A stretch of DNA of 32,000 nucleotides from an uncultured Actinomycetes bacterium (GCA_963843975.1 CAWJMG010000003.1:2160001-2192000), one strand, 5' to 3'; positions 1 to 11,229 are shown, numbered from the stretch's first letter. Translations and numbers: made by a program. Notes: generated by a model from the letters alone, not told the origin.

Positions 1-1298
1 TCGGCCGGTGCGGCGACGGCGACGTACGTCTCGCCAGTGGGTGCGGCGACGACGGTGGCCGAGCCCTTCAGCAGCACGACGGCACCCAGCGACTTCGCGA
101 GGCTGCGGGCGGCCGCGGCACGGTGGGTGCCGACCGGACCCCCGAGCCGGGCGTACTCGCCCGCGTGCGGGGTGAGCACCGTGACGCCGGAGCGCGCGGT
201 GACCGCTGCCCGGGCCTCGGCGTCGTCGGCCATGAGCGTCAGGGCATCGGCGTCCAGGACGAGCGGCACGTCGAGGCCGACGGCGTCGAGCACGGCGAGC
301 CGGGCGTCCTCGTCGACGCCGCGACCCGAGCCGACGACCCAGCACTGGGTGCGACCGGCGTTGCCGATGCGGCCGACTCGTCCGACGACGTCGGGCCAGC
401 GTGCGACCACCTGCTCGTGGGCATGACCGACGTACCGGACGTAGCCGGCGATGCCGTGCCGCGCACCGGCCGTGGCGAGCACCGCGGCACCCGGGTAGAC
501 CTCCGAGCCGGCGCTGACGCCGACGACGCCGCGGGTGTACTTGTCGTCGCCGCTCACCGGGTGGGTCAGGAGCGACGCCGCTGAGTCGTCGTCGACGAGC
601 TCGATCAGGTCGTGCGCGTCGAGGCCGCCGAGGTCGAGCCCGATGTCGACGACCGCGAGCTCGCCGGTCAGCAGGGCGCCGGCTCCGAGCAGCAGCCCAG
701 GCTTGAGACAGCCGAACGCGACCGTGCGGTCCGCGCGGATCACGGCGTCATCGTCGGCGACCGCCCCGGTGTCGGCGTCGACGCCGCTCGGAAGGTCGAC
801 GGCGAGCACCGCGACGTCGGTCTCGCGGGCCACGAGGGCGAGCCACGCGGCCGGCTCGCGCAGGGCACCGCGGCCGCCGATGCCGAGGATGCCGTCGACG
901 ACAAGGTCCGCCGACGCGACGAGCTCGGCCGCGGCGACGTCGCCGAGCACCGCAGTGCGCACCCGCCCGCCCGCGCGACGCAGGGCTGCCGCCCCCTCGT
1001 CGTGGTGGCGGTCGGCGACGAGCAGCGCGTCGACGCGGGCGCCGCGACCGGCGAGGCGCGCCCCGGCGTACAGCGCGTCACCGCCGTTGTCGCCGGCGCC
1101 GATCAGGAGGACCACGCGCGATCCGCTGACGCGGCCGGTGATCTCGCGCAGCGTCGCCCCTGCCACGACTGCGAGGGCCGCGGCCGCGCGCTGCATGAGC
1201 GTGCCGTCCGGCAGCTGCGCCATCGCGGCCGCCTCGACGCGACGGACCGCCTCGACCGAGAGCGCGGCCGTGGCGGGCCGGAGCCCGTGCCCGGTCAC
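1..1298 (-). CDS. nnr: Bifunctional NAD(P)H-hydrate repair enzyme Nnr (YjeF-N epimerase plus ADP-dependent dehydratase); 3' end runs off the left window edge
   Basis: Absent from the ORF track because no stop lies in the window. My own minus-strand translation starts at GTG 1298, which overlaps the acpS stop as GTGA, and stays open to base 1. It reads [42 protein letters not shown]...[22 protein letters not shown] (YjeF N-terminal motif), then ...[25 protein letters not shown]...LVLDADAL...[12 protein letters not shown]...[11 protein letters not shown] (kinase-like dehydratase domain). Confidence 0.85.
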   Translation of the reverse strand, partial: MTGHGLRPATAALSVEAVRRVEAAAMAQLPDGTLMQRAAAALAVVAGATLREITGRVSGSRVVLLIGAGDNGGDALYAGARLAGRGARVDALLVADRHHDEGAAALRRAGGRVRTAVLGDVAAAELVASADLVVDGILGIGGRGALREPAAWLALVARETDVAVLAVDLPSGVDADTGAVADDDAVIRADRTVAFGCLKPGLLLGAGALLTGELAVVDIGLDLGGLDAHDLIELVDDDSAASLLTHPVSGDDKYTRGVVGVSAGSEVYPGAAVLATAGARHGIAGYVRYVGHAHEQVVARWPDVVGRVGRIGNAGRTQCWVVGSGRGVDEDARLAVLDAVGLDVPLVLDADALTLMADDAEARAAVTARSGVTVLTPHAGEYARLGGPVGTHRAAAARSLAKSLGAVVLLKGSATVVAAPTGETYVAVAAPA

Positions 1299-1666
1299 GA
1301 TGCCTCCGCGACCACGTAGGCGATCGCGACGTCGCCGTCGTGGGAGAGCGAGAGGTGCCACCGCTCGATGCCCTGCGCCTCTGCAGCCGCCTGGACCGTG
1401 CCGCGCAGCTGGAGCCAGGGGCGGCCGTCGGAGTCGCCGGTCACCTGGCAGTCGTGCCAGTGCATACCGGTCGGTGCCCCGAGCGCCTTGGCCACGGCCT
1501 CCTTGGCGGCGAACCGCGCGGCGAGAGAGGTGGGAGTGCGCGGGTGCCCGAGATCGGTGGTCCGCTCCTCGGGCGTGAAGAGCCGGTCGACCATGCCGGG
1601 AGTGCGCGCGAGCGTGGCCTCGAACCGCGGCACGTCCACGACGTCGATCCCGATCCCGATGATCAC
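1295..1666 (-). CDS. acpS: Holo-[acyl-carrier-protein] synthase (4'-phosphopantetheinyl transferase AcpS)
   Basis: Tail of track ORF 1295..1873: (V)[36 protein letters not shown]...[15 protein letters not shown]...WHDCQV...[17 protein letters not shown], the classic AcpS layout. I chose GTG 1666, giving 123 aa that start [10 protein letters not shown] as AcpS proteins usually do. ATG 1705 is an alternative start. The stop overlaps the nnr start. Confidence 0.85.
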   Translation of the reverse strand: MIIGIGIDVVDVPRFEATLARTPGMVDRLFTPEERTTDLGHPRTPTSLAARFAAKEAVAKALGAPTGMHWHDCQVTGDSDGRPWLQLRGTVQAAAEAQGIERWHLSLSHDGDVAIAYVVAEAS

Positions 1667-1703
1667 GCCGCCAGCCTGCCACCTCGCGGGTGAGGATGTG
1701 GTC

Positions 1704-2258
1704 ATGCACGGCACCCGCGAAGCACCGCCGACGCTCGTCACGTCGCTGGTCAGGCTGCGGCCGGTCGAGGCAGGCGACGAGGCCACGTTGCGCGCGATCC
1801 TGGCCGCACCTTCGGTGTCGCAGTGGTGGCACCCGCCGGACGACGACTTCCCGTTCGACCACGAGGCGGGCACGGTGCGCTGGGCGGTGGAGCTGCTGGG
1901 GCCACCGGGCCCCGGCCCAGCCGGCGCGGTGGTGGGGATGGTGCAGGCGTACGAGGGCGACGACCCCGACTACGACGAGAGCGGCATCGACATCTTCCTC
2001 GCGCCGAGCATGCACCGCCGGGGTCTGGGTCGCGACGTCGTCACGACCGTGCGCGACTGGCTCGTCGACACCCGGGGCCACCATCTCGTGACGATCGACC
2101 CGTCGGCGTCCAACACAGCCGCGATCGCGTGCTACACCGCGTGCGGGTTCCGGCCGGTCGGGATCCTGCACGGCCGAGAGCGCAACACCGACCGGCTCGG
2201 GTGGCACGACACGCTGCTCATGCAGTACTGCTCGTGGTGGTTCGACGCCGGGGCCTGA
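1704..2258 (+). CDS. GNAT-family N-acetyltransferase (Acetyltransf_8 / AAC(6')-like architecture; substrate unknown)
   Basis: C-terminal 185 aa of track ORF 1368..2258: [49 protein letters not shown]...[27 protein letters not shown]...[21 protein letters not shown]. It has the R-x-x-G-x-G acetyl-CoA loop and a GNAT-like C-terminal core. It is the only convincing plus-strand gene. GTG 1698 is an alternative start. Confidence 0.8.
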   Translation: MHGTREAPPTLVTSLVRLRPVEAGDEATLRAILAAPSVSQWWHPPDDDFPFDHEAGTVRWAVELLGPPGPGPAGAVVGMVQAYEGDDPDYDESGIDIFLAPSMHRRGLGRDVVTTVRDWLVDTRGHHLVTIDPSASNTAAIACYTACGFRPVGILHGRERNTDRLGWHDTLLMQYCSWWFDAGA

Positions 2259-2265
2259 CATACGA

Positions 2266-2299
2266 ACGTGGACCGCCCCCCGAAGGGGACGGTCCACGT
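2266..2299. terminator. Bidirectional hairpin between the convergent GNAT and csp genes
   Basis: ACGTGGACCGCCCC (2266-2279) pairs with GGGG-A-CGGTCCACGT (2285-2299). This gives 14 bp with one bulged A and a 5-nt loop, placed exactly between the two stop codons (2258 and 2318). There is no U-tract on either side. Confidence 0.55.
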
Positions 2300-2317
2300 C
2301 GAAAGGTCTGGTGAGAC

Positions 2318-2521
2318 CTAGAGAGGCGTGACGTTCTCCGCCTGCGGGCCCTTCTGGCCCTGCGTGACGTCGAAGGTGACCTTCTGGTTCTCCTCGAGCG
2401 AGCGGTAGCCCGACGAGGCGATGGCCGAGAAGTGCACGAACACGTCGGCGCTCCCGTCCTCGGGGGCGATGAAGCCGAAGCCCTTCTCGCCGTTGAACCA
2501 CTTGACGGTGCCGTTGACCAT
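2318..2521 (-). CDS. cspA: Cold-shock protein, CspA family (67 aa)
   Basis: [67 protein letters not shown], with the RNP1 (KGFGFI) and RNP2 (VFVHF) motifs. ATG at 2521 within track ORF 2318..2572. Confidence 0.95.
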   Translation of the reverse strand: MVNGTVKWFNGEKGFGFIAPEDGSADVFVHFSAIASSGYRSLEENQKVTFDVTQGQKGPQAENVTPL

Positions 2522-2762
2522 GATTGTTCCTGTTCTGCATAGCACGACGCGGGAGCGGAATGTGCTGCCCACGAGTTGGTGCCGAGGTGCCCTCGACCCC
2601 TGAAGCTTCAGGGGGAAGACGAGGACGCCGGGCGAAGAAGATCCGCGGGCGTCCGAAGAACGTACGAGGAACTGCTGTGTTTACCGCGATCAGGCTACCA
2701 CCCCGCGGGGCCCGCTCTGTACTGCGCGCAGAATCTTCGCCCAGCGGCCACCCCGACGGCGG
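2522..2762 (-). promoter_or_regulatory. Long csp upstream region or 5' leader containing an 18-nt perfect palindrome
   Basis: A 241-nt non-coding gap lies between the glmS stop and the csp ATG. CCCCTGAAGCTTCAGGGG (2597-2614) is a perfect palindrome about 75 nt upstream of the ATG. Long structured 5' UTRs are typical of csp genes. I could not identify a convincing -35/-10 pair. Confidence 0.3.
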
Positions 2763-4613
<1,851 letters not shown>

Positions 4614-4684
4614 ACGGCCAGCGTAACCCGGCCCGGAGCCCCCACCCCGCCGCTTGAAGGCCTTCCGCGGGGGCTGCTGGGGCG

Positions 4685-6040
4685 CTAGATGGCGAGGGTG
4701 GCGCGGACGACGGCGGCGAGGCGCTCGGCCACGGCGTCGGCCTGGTCCTTGGTGGAGGCCTCGACCATCACCCGGACGACGGGCTCGGTGCCGGAGGGCC
4801 GCAGCAGCACCCGGCCGGTGCGTCCGAGCTCGGCCTCGGCCTCGGCGACGGCCGCGGCCAGGGTGGGCTCGGACGACGCCCGGGTGCGATCGACGCCGCG
4901 GACGTTGATGAGCACCTGCGGCAGCTTCTGCACGACCGAGGCGAGCTCGCCAAGCGAGCGGCCGGTCTCGGCGACGCGCGCGAGCAGGTGCAGCGCAGTG
5001 AGCACGCCGTCGCCGGTGGTGGCGTGCTCGGACATGATCACGTGGCCGCTCTGCTCGCCGCCGAGCACGAAGCCGCCGTCGCGCATGGCCTCGAGCACGT
5101 AGCGGTCGCCCACACCGGTCTCGACCACCGCGATGCCCGCCTGCTCGATGGCGAGCTTGAAGCCGAGGTTGGCCATCACGGTCGCGACGACGGTGTCGGC
5201 GACGAGAGCACCGCGCTCGCGCATCGCGATCGAGAGGATGGCGAGCACGTGGTCGCCGTCGACCACAGCGCCCGTGGCGTCGACGGCGAGGCAGCGGTCG
5301 GCGTCGCCGTCGAACGCGACGCCGGCGTCGGCACCGTGCTCGACGACTGCGGTGCGGAGGTCGCCGAGGTGCGTGGAGCCGCAGCCGTCGTTGATGTTCA
5401 GGCCGTCGGGCGAGGTGTGGATCTCGATCACGCGGGCACCCGCACGGCGAAGCGCCTCGGGCCCCACGATCGAGGCCGCGCCGTTCGCGCCGTCGACGAC
5501 GACGGTGATCCCGTCGAGCCGGTGCGGCAGCGTCGAGAGAAGGTGGCCGACGTACAGCTCGGCGCCCTCGTCGTGCCGGCTCACGCGGCCGACGCCCGCG
5601 CCCGTGGGGCGGGTCCAGCTCTCGCGGATGCGGCTCTCGATGGCGTCCTCGACGTGGTCGGCCAGCTTGTGGCCGCCGCGCGCGAGGAACTTGATGCCGT
5701 TGTCCGGCATGGGGTTGTGCGACGCCGACAGCATCACGCCGAGGTCGGCGTCGAGCGCGGCGGTGAGGTACGCGACGGCCGGGGTGGGGAGCACACCGAC
5801 CCGCCACACGTCGACGCCCGCCGACAGCAGGCCCGCGACGACGGCGGCCTCGAGGAACTCGCCGCTCGCGCGGCTGTCGTTGCCGACGACCGCCACCGGG
5901 CGCCCCTCGCCGTGGTCGGACAGCTCGCCGGCATCGCCGAGCACGTGGGCCGCGGCCACCGCGAGGTCGAGCGCGAGCTCGGCCGTGAGGTCGGCGTTGG
6001 CCAGGCCGCGTACGCCGTCGGTGCCGAACAGTCGACCCAC
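4685..6040 (-). CDS. glmM: Phosphoglucosamine mutase, 451 aa
   Basis: (V)[14 protein letters not shown]...[18 protein letters not shown] (phosphoserine loop)...GGEQSGH.... I prefer GTG 6040, which has GGAAGAGG 5 nt upstream. ATG 6079 is an alternative. Within track ORF 4685..6223. Confidence 0.93.
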   Translation of the reverse strand: MGRLFGTDGVRGLANADLTAELALDLAVAAAHVLGDAGELSDHGEGRPVAVVGNDSRASGEFLEAAVVAGLLSAGVDVWRVGVLPTPAVAYLTAALDADLGVMLSASHNPMPDNGIKFLARGGHKLADHVEDAIESRIRESWTRPTGAGVGRVSRHDEGAELYVGHLLSTLPHRLDGITVVVDGANGAASIVGPEALRRAGARVIEIHTSPDGLNINDGCGSTHLGDLRTAVVEHGADAGVAFDGDADRCLAVDATGAVVDGDHVLAILSIAMRERGALVADTVVATVMANLGFKLAIEQAGIAVVETGVGDRYVLEAMRDGGFVLGGEQSGHVIMSEHATTGDGVLTALHLLARVAETGRSLGELASVVQKLPQVLINVRGVDRTRASSEPTLAAAVAEAEAELGRTGRVLLRPSGTEPVVRVMVEASTKDQADAVAERLAAVVRATLAI

Positions 6041-6207
6041 AGGTGCCTCTTCCCGTCCCGCCCCGAAGGGCCCTGACATGCCGATGCCCCGGAGCGTAGC
6101 CCCGGGGCATCGTGCGTGGCTGTGCGGGCCGATGCCCGCAGCCCGGTTAGCGCTTCGAGTTTTCCTCGGGCCCCAGGGGGCCCTCGTCAACAGCTGCGCG
6201 CCGCTCG

Positions 6208-6242
6208 GAAGAGGACGAGCCAAGAGCGGGCTCGTCCTCTTC
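6208..6242 (-). terminator. Hairpin immediately downstream of rpsI
   Basis: GAAGAGGACGAGCC / GGCTCGTCCTCTTC forms a perfect 14-bp stem with a 7-nt loop, starting 6 nt after the rpsI stop. No U-tract. Confidence 0.6.
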
Positions 6243-6247
6243 GCTCG

Positions 6248-6751
6248 CTAGCGCTTGCTGTACTGCGGCGCCTTGCGGGCCTTCTTGAGGCCGTAGTGCT
6301 TGCGCTCCTTGACCCGCGCGTCGCGGGTGAGGAAGCCGGCCTTCTTGAGCGCCGGGCGGTAGGCCTCGGCGTCGATGTCGTTCAGCGCACGGGCGATGCC
6401 GAGGCGCAGGGCACCGGCCTGCCCGGACGAGCCGCCGCCGCTGATGCGGGCGATGACGTCGTACGTGTTGTCGATGCCGAGCGTGGCGAACGGCTCGTTG
6501 ACGAGCTGCTGGTGCACCTTGTTGGGGAAGTAGCCCTCGAGGGTGCGGCCGTTGACGGTCCAGCGGCCGGTGCCCGGGACGATGCGCACGCGGGCGATCG
6601 CCTCCTTGCGACGGCCGGTGGCGCCGGCGGGACGGGCGACGACCTCGCGGTGCGTCACCGCCACGGCGCTGGTGGTGGTCTCCGAGGTGTAGCTGGTCAG
6701 CTCCTCGGTGTCGATTTCGTTCTCGGTGGTCTCGGCGACGGTCTCGCTCAC
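6248..6751 (-). CDS. rpsI: 30S ribosomal protein S9 (167 aa, with an acidic/Thr-rich N-terminal extension)
   Basis: ...[31 protein letters not shown]...[19 protein letters not shown]...[27 protein letters not shown]. Confidence 0.97.
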   Translation of the reverse strand: MSETVAETTENEIDTEELTSYTSETTTSAVAVTHREVVARPAGATGRRKEAIARVRIVPGTGRWTVNGRTLEGYFPNKVHQQLVNEPFATLGIDNTYDVIARISGGGSSGQAGALRLGIARALNDIDAEAYRPALKKAGFLTRDARVKERKHYGLKKARKAPQYSKR

Positions 6752-6795
6752 GCCACGGTTCCTTTCTAGAAAGTCTGTTGTGGGTTCCGCGGCGC

Positions 6796-7239
6796 TTACT
6801 GCGCGACCTGCGTGATCTCGAACGGCTTCGGCTGCTGCGCAGCGTGCGGGTGCTCCGGGCCGGCGTAGACCTTGAGCTTCTTGATGACCTGACGCCCCAG
6901 CTTGTTGTGCGGGAGCATGCCCTTCACGGCCTTCTCCACCGCACGACGCGGGTTGCTCTCGAGGAGCTGGACGTACGAGGTCGCCGTGAGGCCGCCCGGG
7001 TGACCCGAGTGGCGGTACGCCATCTTCTGCTCGCGCTTGTTGCCCGTGAGGGCGACCTTCTCGGCGTTGATGATGATGACGAAGTCACCGCCGTCGACGT
7101 GCGGGGCGAAGGTGGGCTTGTGCTTGCCACGGAGCAGCGTCGCTGCCTGCGTGGCGAGTCGGCCGAGGACGACATCGGTGGCGTCGATGATGAACCACTC
7201 GTGGGTCAGGTCACCGGCCTTGGGGCTGTACGTGCGCAT
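6796..7239 (-). CDS. rplM: 50S ribosomal protein L13 (147 aa)
   Basis: [68 protein letters not shown].... ATG at 7239 inside run-through track ORF 6796..9180. Confidence 0.97.
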   Translation of the reverse strand: MRTYSPKAGDLTHEWFIIDATDVVLGRLATQAATLLRGKHKPTFAPHVDGGDFVIIINAEKVALTGNKREQKMAYRHSGHPGGLTATSYVQLLESNPRRAVEKAVKGMLPHNKLGRQVIKKLKVYAGPEHPHAAQQPKPFEITQVAQ

Positions 7240-7413
7240 GAAGCAGCACCTGTTCTCTCGCTCGTCGGGACGTTGGACTCTGCGCGCCCTGCGTCCGCGG
7301 CCGTCGGCCGTGGGTGGCGGGGCGCCGTACTGGATGCCATCCCTGACATCCAGGCTGCGCTGATGCCCGACGGATCCAGGGGACGTCGTACGGGCGCGCA
7401 CAGCAAGCGCTCC

Positions 7414-7443
7414 AGGGTACCCGCCTGCGGAGGCACCCTCCAA
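7414..7443 (-). promoter_or_regulatory. Candidate promoter for rplM-rpsI
   Basis: The minus strand reads TTGGAG (7443-7438), 18 nt, TACCCT (7419-7414). The -10 fits the actinobacterial TAnnnT pattern and would give a leader of about 165 nt. Sequence match only. Confidence 0.3.
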
Positions 7444-7499
7444 ATCGCCGGGACCGACCAGTCCCAGCGCTCTGACCTGCGGCGATGCCTGACCCGCGG

Positions 7500-9180
7500 T
7501 CAGCCGCGGACTGGCCGGGCCTCGTCCCAGACCGGCTCCGGCACCTCGCGCACCGTGCCGTCGGCCGAGAAGACCACGAAGCGGTCGAAGCCGCGGGCGA
7601 ACCAGCGGTCGTGGGTGACGGCGAGGACCGTGCCCTCGAAGGCCAGGAGGCCCTCCTCCAGCGCCTCGGCGGAGGCGAGGTCCAGGTTGTCCGTCGGCTC
7701 GTCCAGGAGCAGCAGGGTGGCTCCGGAGAGCTCCAGGAGCAGGATCTGGAACCTCGCCTGCTGGCCGCCCGACAGGCTCTCGAAGGTCTGCTCGGAGGCG
7801 TGCGCGAGCTCGTAGCGGTCGAGCTTGCGGGCGGCGAGCTCGCGGCCCATGCCGTCGCGGTGGGCATCGCCGCGGTGCAGCACCTCGAGCAGCGTGCGAC
7901 CCATGCAGCTCGGGGTGCTCGTGCGTCTGGGCGAACCATCCCGGCCGCACCCGCGCGCCGAGCCGGACGACGCCGTTGTGCGCCACGGGCGCGATCGGCA
8001 CCTCACCGACCGGACGGTGCTCGACGTCGGGATCGCTGCCGCCGGCGGCGAGCAGGCGCAGGAAGTGCGACTTGCCCGAGCCGTTGGCGCCGAGGACGGC
8101 GACGCGCTCGCCGAACCACACCTCGAGGTCGAACGGCTTCATCAGGCCCGACAGCTCGAGCTGCTCGGCGGCGATCGCGCGCTTGCCCGTGCGGCCGCCG
8201 ATGAGGCGCATCTTCACGGTCTGCTCGCGCGCGATCTCCTGCGGCGGCCCGATCTCCTCGAACTTCGCGAGGCGGGTCTTCGCGGCCTGGTAGCGGCTCG
8301 CGAGGCCGTCGTTGTACTTCGCCTTCGTCTTGTACATGAGCACGAGTGCCTTGAGCTTGGCGTGCTCCTCGTCCCAGCGTCGGCGCAGCTCCTCGAGCCG
8401 GCTGAAGCGGTCGGCGCGCGCCTGGTGGTACGTCGCGAAGCCGCCACCGTGCGTCCACGCCGTGTTGCCCGCAGCGCCGAGCTCGACCGTGACGACCTGG
8501 GTCGCCGTACGGGCCAGGAGCTCGCGGTCGTGCGACACGTAGAGCACGGTCTTGGGCGACTCGGCGAGACGCTGCTCGAGCCACTCCTTGCCGGGCACGT
8601 CGAGGTAGTTGTCGGGCTCGTCCAGCAGCAGCACCTCGTCCGGGCCGCGCAGCAGCGCCTCGAGCGCGAGCCGCTTCTGCTCGCCGCCCGAGAGAGTGCG
8701 CGTCTCGCGGTACTGCGCCTTGTCGAACGGGATGCCCAGCGCCGCGACGGTGCAGACGTCCCAGAGCACCTCGGAGTCGTAGCCGCCGACGTCGGACCAG
8801 TCGGAGATGGCCTGCGCGTACGCCATCTGCATGGCCTCGTCGTCGGCCTCCATCATGCGCAGCTCGGCGGCCTCGAGCTCCTTGGCCGCGGACTGCACAG
8901 CGGGCGGCGACACGGACACCAGCAGGTCGCGCACGGTCGACTCGTCGCGCACCTGGCCGATGAACTGGCGCATGACTCCGAGCCCGCCCGAGCGGATGAT
9001 CGCGCCCTCCTGCGGGTCGAGGTCACCCGCGACGAGGCGCATGAGCGTGGTCTTGCCGGCGCCGTTCGCGCCGACGAGCGCGACCTTGGCGCCGTCCGCG
9101 ACCCGGAAGCTCACCTCGTCGAGCAGCACGCGCCCGTCCGGGAGCGTGTGCGTGACCTTGGCGACCTCGACGTGACCCAC
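7500..9180 (-). pseudogene. ABC-F family ATPase (two ABC domains, about 559 aa) interrupted by a 1-nt insertion near 7900-7905
   Basis: The N-terminal part is in the frame of track ORF 6796..9180 (GTG 9180): (V)[44 protein letters not shown]...[12 protein letters not shown]...[11 protein letters not shown]...linker...[15 protein letters not shown]...[12 protein letters not shown]. The C-terminal part continues in track ORF 7500..8006: [11 protein letters not shown]...[15 protein letters not shown]...[12 protein letters not shown]...THDRWF. The join needs removal of one base from gagctgcatgggtcgc. Confidence 0.9.
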
Positions 9181-9235
9181 GAGGGGCGATTCTCGCCCGT
9201 ACGCCGCCCCACCGCCTAACCAGTTACCCCGATTC

Positions 9236-9275
9236 GGTAGTGCCAGGGCGTCACGGGTGACGCCTTACCACTACC
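9236..9275 (-). terminator. Composite hairpin after arcC and upstream of the ABC-F gene
   Basis: The outer stem is GGTAGTG / CACTACC. The inner stem is GGCGTCA-CGGG-TGACGCC. The hairpin begins 9 nt after the arcC stop and has no U-tract. It could equally be an attenuator for the downstream gene. Confidence 0.4.
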
Positions 9276-9284
9276 AAATCCCGG

Positions 9285-10250
9285 TCAGCGGAGGGTGAGT
9301 CCGCCGGTGTCGGTGGTGATCCTCGTGCCGTGGGTGCCGGCGAGGATGCCGCGGATGTCGGCGAGCGCTCCGATCGCGGCCACGCGCCCCGGCGCCGACC
9401 GCGCGAAGGCGCACGCCGCCTCGACCTTGGGCCCCATCGAGCCCTCGGGGAACCGGTACGCCGAGATGGCGTCGGGCGAGGCCGCGGCCACGGCCCGCTG
9501 CTCCGGCGTCCCGTAGTCGAGGAACACCGCCGGGGCGTCGGTCGCGATGACGAGAACGTCGGCCTCGAGGTCCTGCGCGAGGACGGCGGAGGAGCGGTCC
9601 TTGTCGATCACGGCCTCGACCCCGACGAGGGTGCGCGGGTTGTGGTCGTCGTCGTACTCGAGCCGCTCCTCAGGCAGGTACATCGTGGGGATGCCGCCGC
9701 CGCCGGTGCAGATCACGACCGTGCCCGCGTCGAGCAGCTGCTTGATCGGGCGGATCTCGAAGATGCGCCGGGGCACCGGCGACGGGACCACGCGGCGCCA
9801 GTGGTCGCCGTCCGGCCGCACGGTCCATCCGCGCTCGGAGGCGATGCGGTGCGCCTCGGCCTCGGAGTAGACCGGACCGACGAACTTGGTCGGGTTCTTC
9901 ATCGCCGGGTCGTCCGGGTCGACCTCGATCATCGTGAGGATGGTCGCGATGGGCGTCTCGAACGGCAGCAGGTTCCCGAGCTCCTGCTCGATGAAGTAGC
10001 CGATCATCCCCTCGGTCTGCGCCCCGAGGACGTCGAAGGGGTACGTCGAGTCGTCGTCGTACGACGAGGCCTGCAGCGCCAGCAGGCCGACCTGCGGACC
10101 GTTGCCGTGCGACACCACGAGCTGGTGCTCCATCGCGACCGGCGCGAGCGCGCGGCACGCGAGCCGCACGTTGGCCCGCTGGTTGGCGACGGTCATCGGC
10201 TCGCCGCGACGGGCGAGGGCGTTGCCGCCCAGTGCCACCACGACCCTCAT
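9285..10250 (-). CDS. arcC: Carbamate kinase (321 aa)
   Basis: [18 protein letters not shown]...[18 protein letters not shown]...[16 protein letters not shown]...[26 protein letters not shown]...[11 protein letters not shown]...GVEAVIDKD...[13 protein letters not shown]. Colinear with the carbamate kinase family motifs. Confidence 0.9.
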   Translation of the reverse strand: MRVVVALGGNALARRGEPMTVANQRANVRLACRALAPVAMEHQLVVSHGNGPQVGLLALQASSYDDDSTYPFDVLGAQTEGMIGYFIEQELGNLLPFETPIATILTMIEVDPDDPAMKNPTKFVGPVYSEAEAHRIASERGWTVRPDGDHWRRVVPSPVPRRIFEIRPIKQLLDAGTVVICTGGGGIPTMYLPEERLEYDDDHNPRTLVGVEAVIDKDRSSAVLAQDLEADVLVIATDAPAVFLDYGTPEQRAVAAASPDAISAYRFPEGSMGPKVEAACAFARSAPGRVAAIGALADIRGILAGTHGTRITTDTGGLTLR

Positions 10251-10299
10251 ACGGGTCAGCGTGTCATCGCGCGGGCGGGGACGCGACCATCACGACGGA

Positions 10300-11196
10300 T
10301 CAGTCGGTGGAGTCGGGGTCCTGGCCGACAGCGCGACCCGCCAGGATGTCGTCGCCGCGGAAGCGACGCGCACGCTCGGCCTGCACGGCGAGCTGGTCGT
10401 CGGCGGGGTACTCGACCCGCTCGAGGCACAGACCCGTGGGCGGCGCGACCTCGGCGTCGGGCTCGCGGCGTACCCGCGAGAGCACCTGCCCCGGCCACTC
10501 CACCGGCCGGCGCCCGTCGCCCACGGGGAGAAGGACGCCGACGAGCGCGCGCACCATCGAGTGGCAGAACGCGTCGGCCCGCACGTGCATGACGACGAGG
10601 CCCGAGTCGTGCTCGCGGACCCAGCGCAGGTCGAGCAGCGTGCGCACGGTGCTGGCCCCCTCGCGGCGGCGGCAGAACGACGCGAAGTCGTGCTCGCCGA
10701 GCAGTGCCGCGGCGGCGGCGTTCATCGCCTCGACGTCGAGCGCGCTGTTGCGCGGGCCGGTGTGGTGCAGCACGTGCGTGCGCAGGAGCGGGTCCGACCC
10801 GCCCGGTACGTCGGACACGCGGTACGCGTACGCGCGCGACAGCGCCGACCAGCGCGCCTCGAAGCCGGGGGGCGCCACCGCGATCTCGTGCACGCGGACA
10901 TCGGCCGGGAGCACGCCGCCCATGCGGCGCACAGGCGCATCGGCGCCGCGCGCGGCGAAGGCCTCCCACCGGTCGCGCTCGACGTCGGCGTGCGCCACCT
11001 GGCCCCGCGCGTGCACGCCGGCGTCGGTGCGGCCCGCCACTGCGATCCGCACCGGCTGGCTCGCCCGCAGCACGACGGTGAGCGCGTCCTCGAGCGTGCC
11101 CTGCACGGTGCGCAGCCCGGGCTGCTTGGCCCAGCCGGCGAAGTCGGTGCCGTCGTAGGCGATGCCGAGGCGCAGGCGGACCTGCTCGGAACGCAC
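10300..11196 (-). CDS. truA: tRNA pseudouridine(38-40) synthase TruA (298 aa)
   Basis: (V)RSEQVRLRLGIAYDGTDFAGWAKQPGLRTVQGTLEDAL...IAVAGRTDAGVHARGQVAH (catalytic Asp motif)...FCHSMVRALVG. GTG at 11196 is the only in-frame start upstream of the conserved core. Confidence 0.93.
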   Translation of the reverse strand: MRSEQVRLRLGIAYDGTDFAGWAKQPGLRTVQGTLEDALTVVLRASQPVRIAVAGRTDAGVHARGQVAHADVERDRWEAFAARGADAPVRRMGGVLPADVRVHEIAVAPPGFEARWSALSRAYAYRVSDVPGGSDPLLRTHVLHHTGPRNSALDVEAMNAAAAALLGEHDFASFCRRREGASTVRTLLDLRWVREHDSGLVVMHVRADAFCHSMVRALVGVLLPVGDGRRPVEWPGQVLSRVRREPDAEVAPPTGLCLERVEYPADDQLAVQAERARRFRGDDILAGRAVGQDPDSTD

Positions 11197-11229
11197 GAGC
11201 CCGCCGTCCCCAGCGGGGACGGCGGGCTC
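11197..11229 (-). terminator. Perfect 15-bp GC hairpin between rplQ and truA
   Basis: GAGCCCGCCGTCCCC-gct-GGGGACGGCGGGCTC on the minus strand. Its 3' arm ends on the base before the truA GTG. Confidence 0.5.

Noticed and set aside
4614-4684. A possible glmS ribozyme upstream of glmS.
   Set aside because: Only 71 nt separate the glmM stop from the glmS ATG, which is too short for the ribozyme core. I see none of its conserved segments. The element is characteristic of Firmicutes and a few other groups rather than high-GC actinobacteria.
7500-10250. An ESX-4-like type VII secretion locus or other accessory system in the truA-rplM slot.
   Set aside because: The interval contains only a carbamate kinase and an ABC-F ATPase. 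There are no WXG100-size ORFs, FtsK/SpoIIIE ATPase, mycosin or membrane components.
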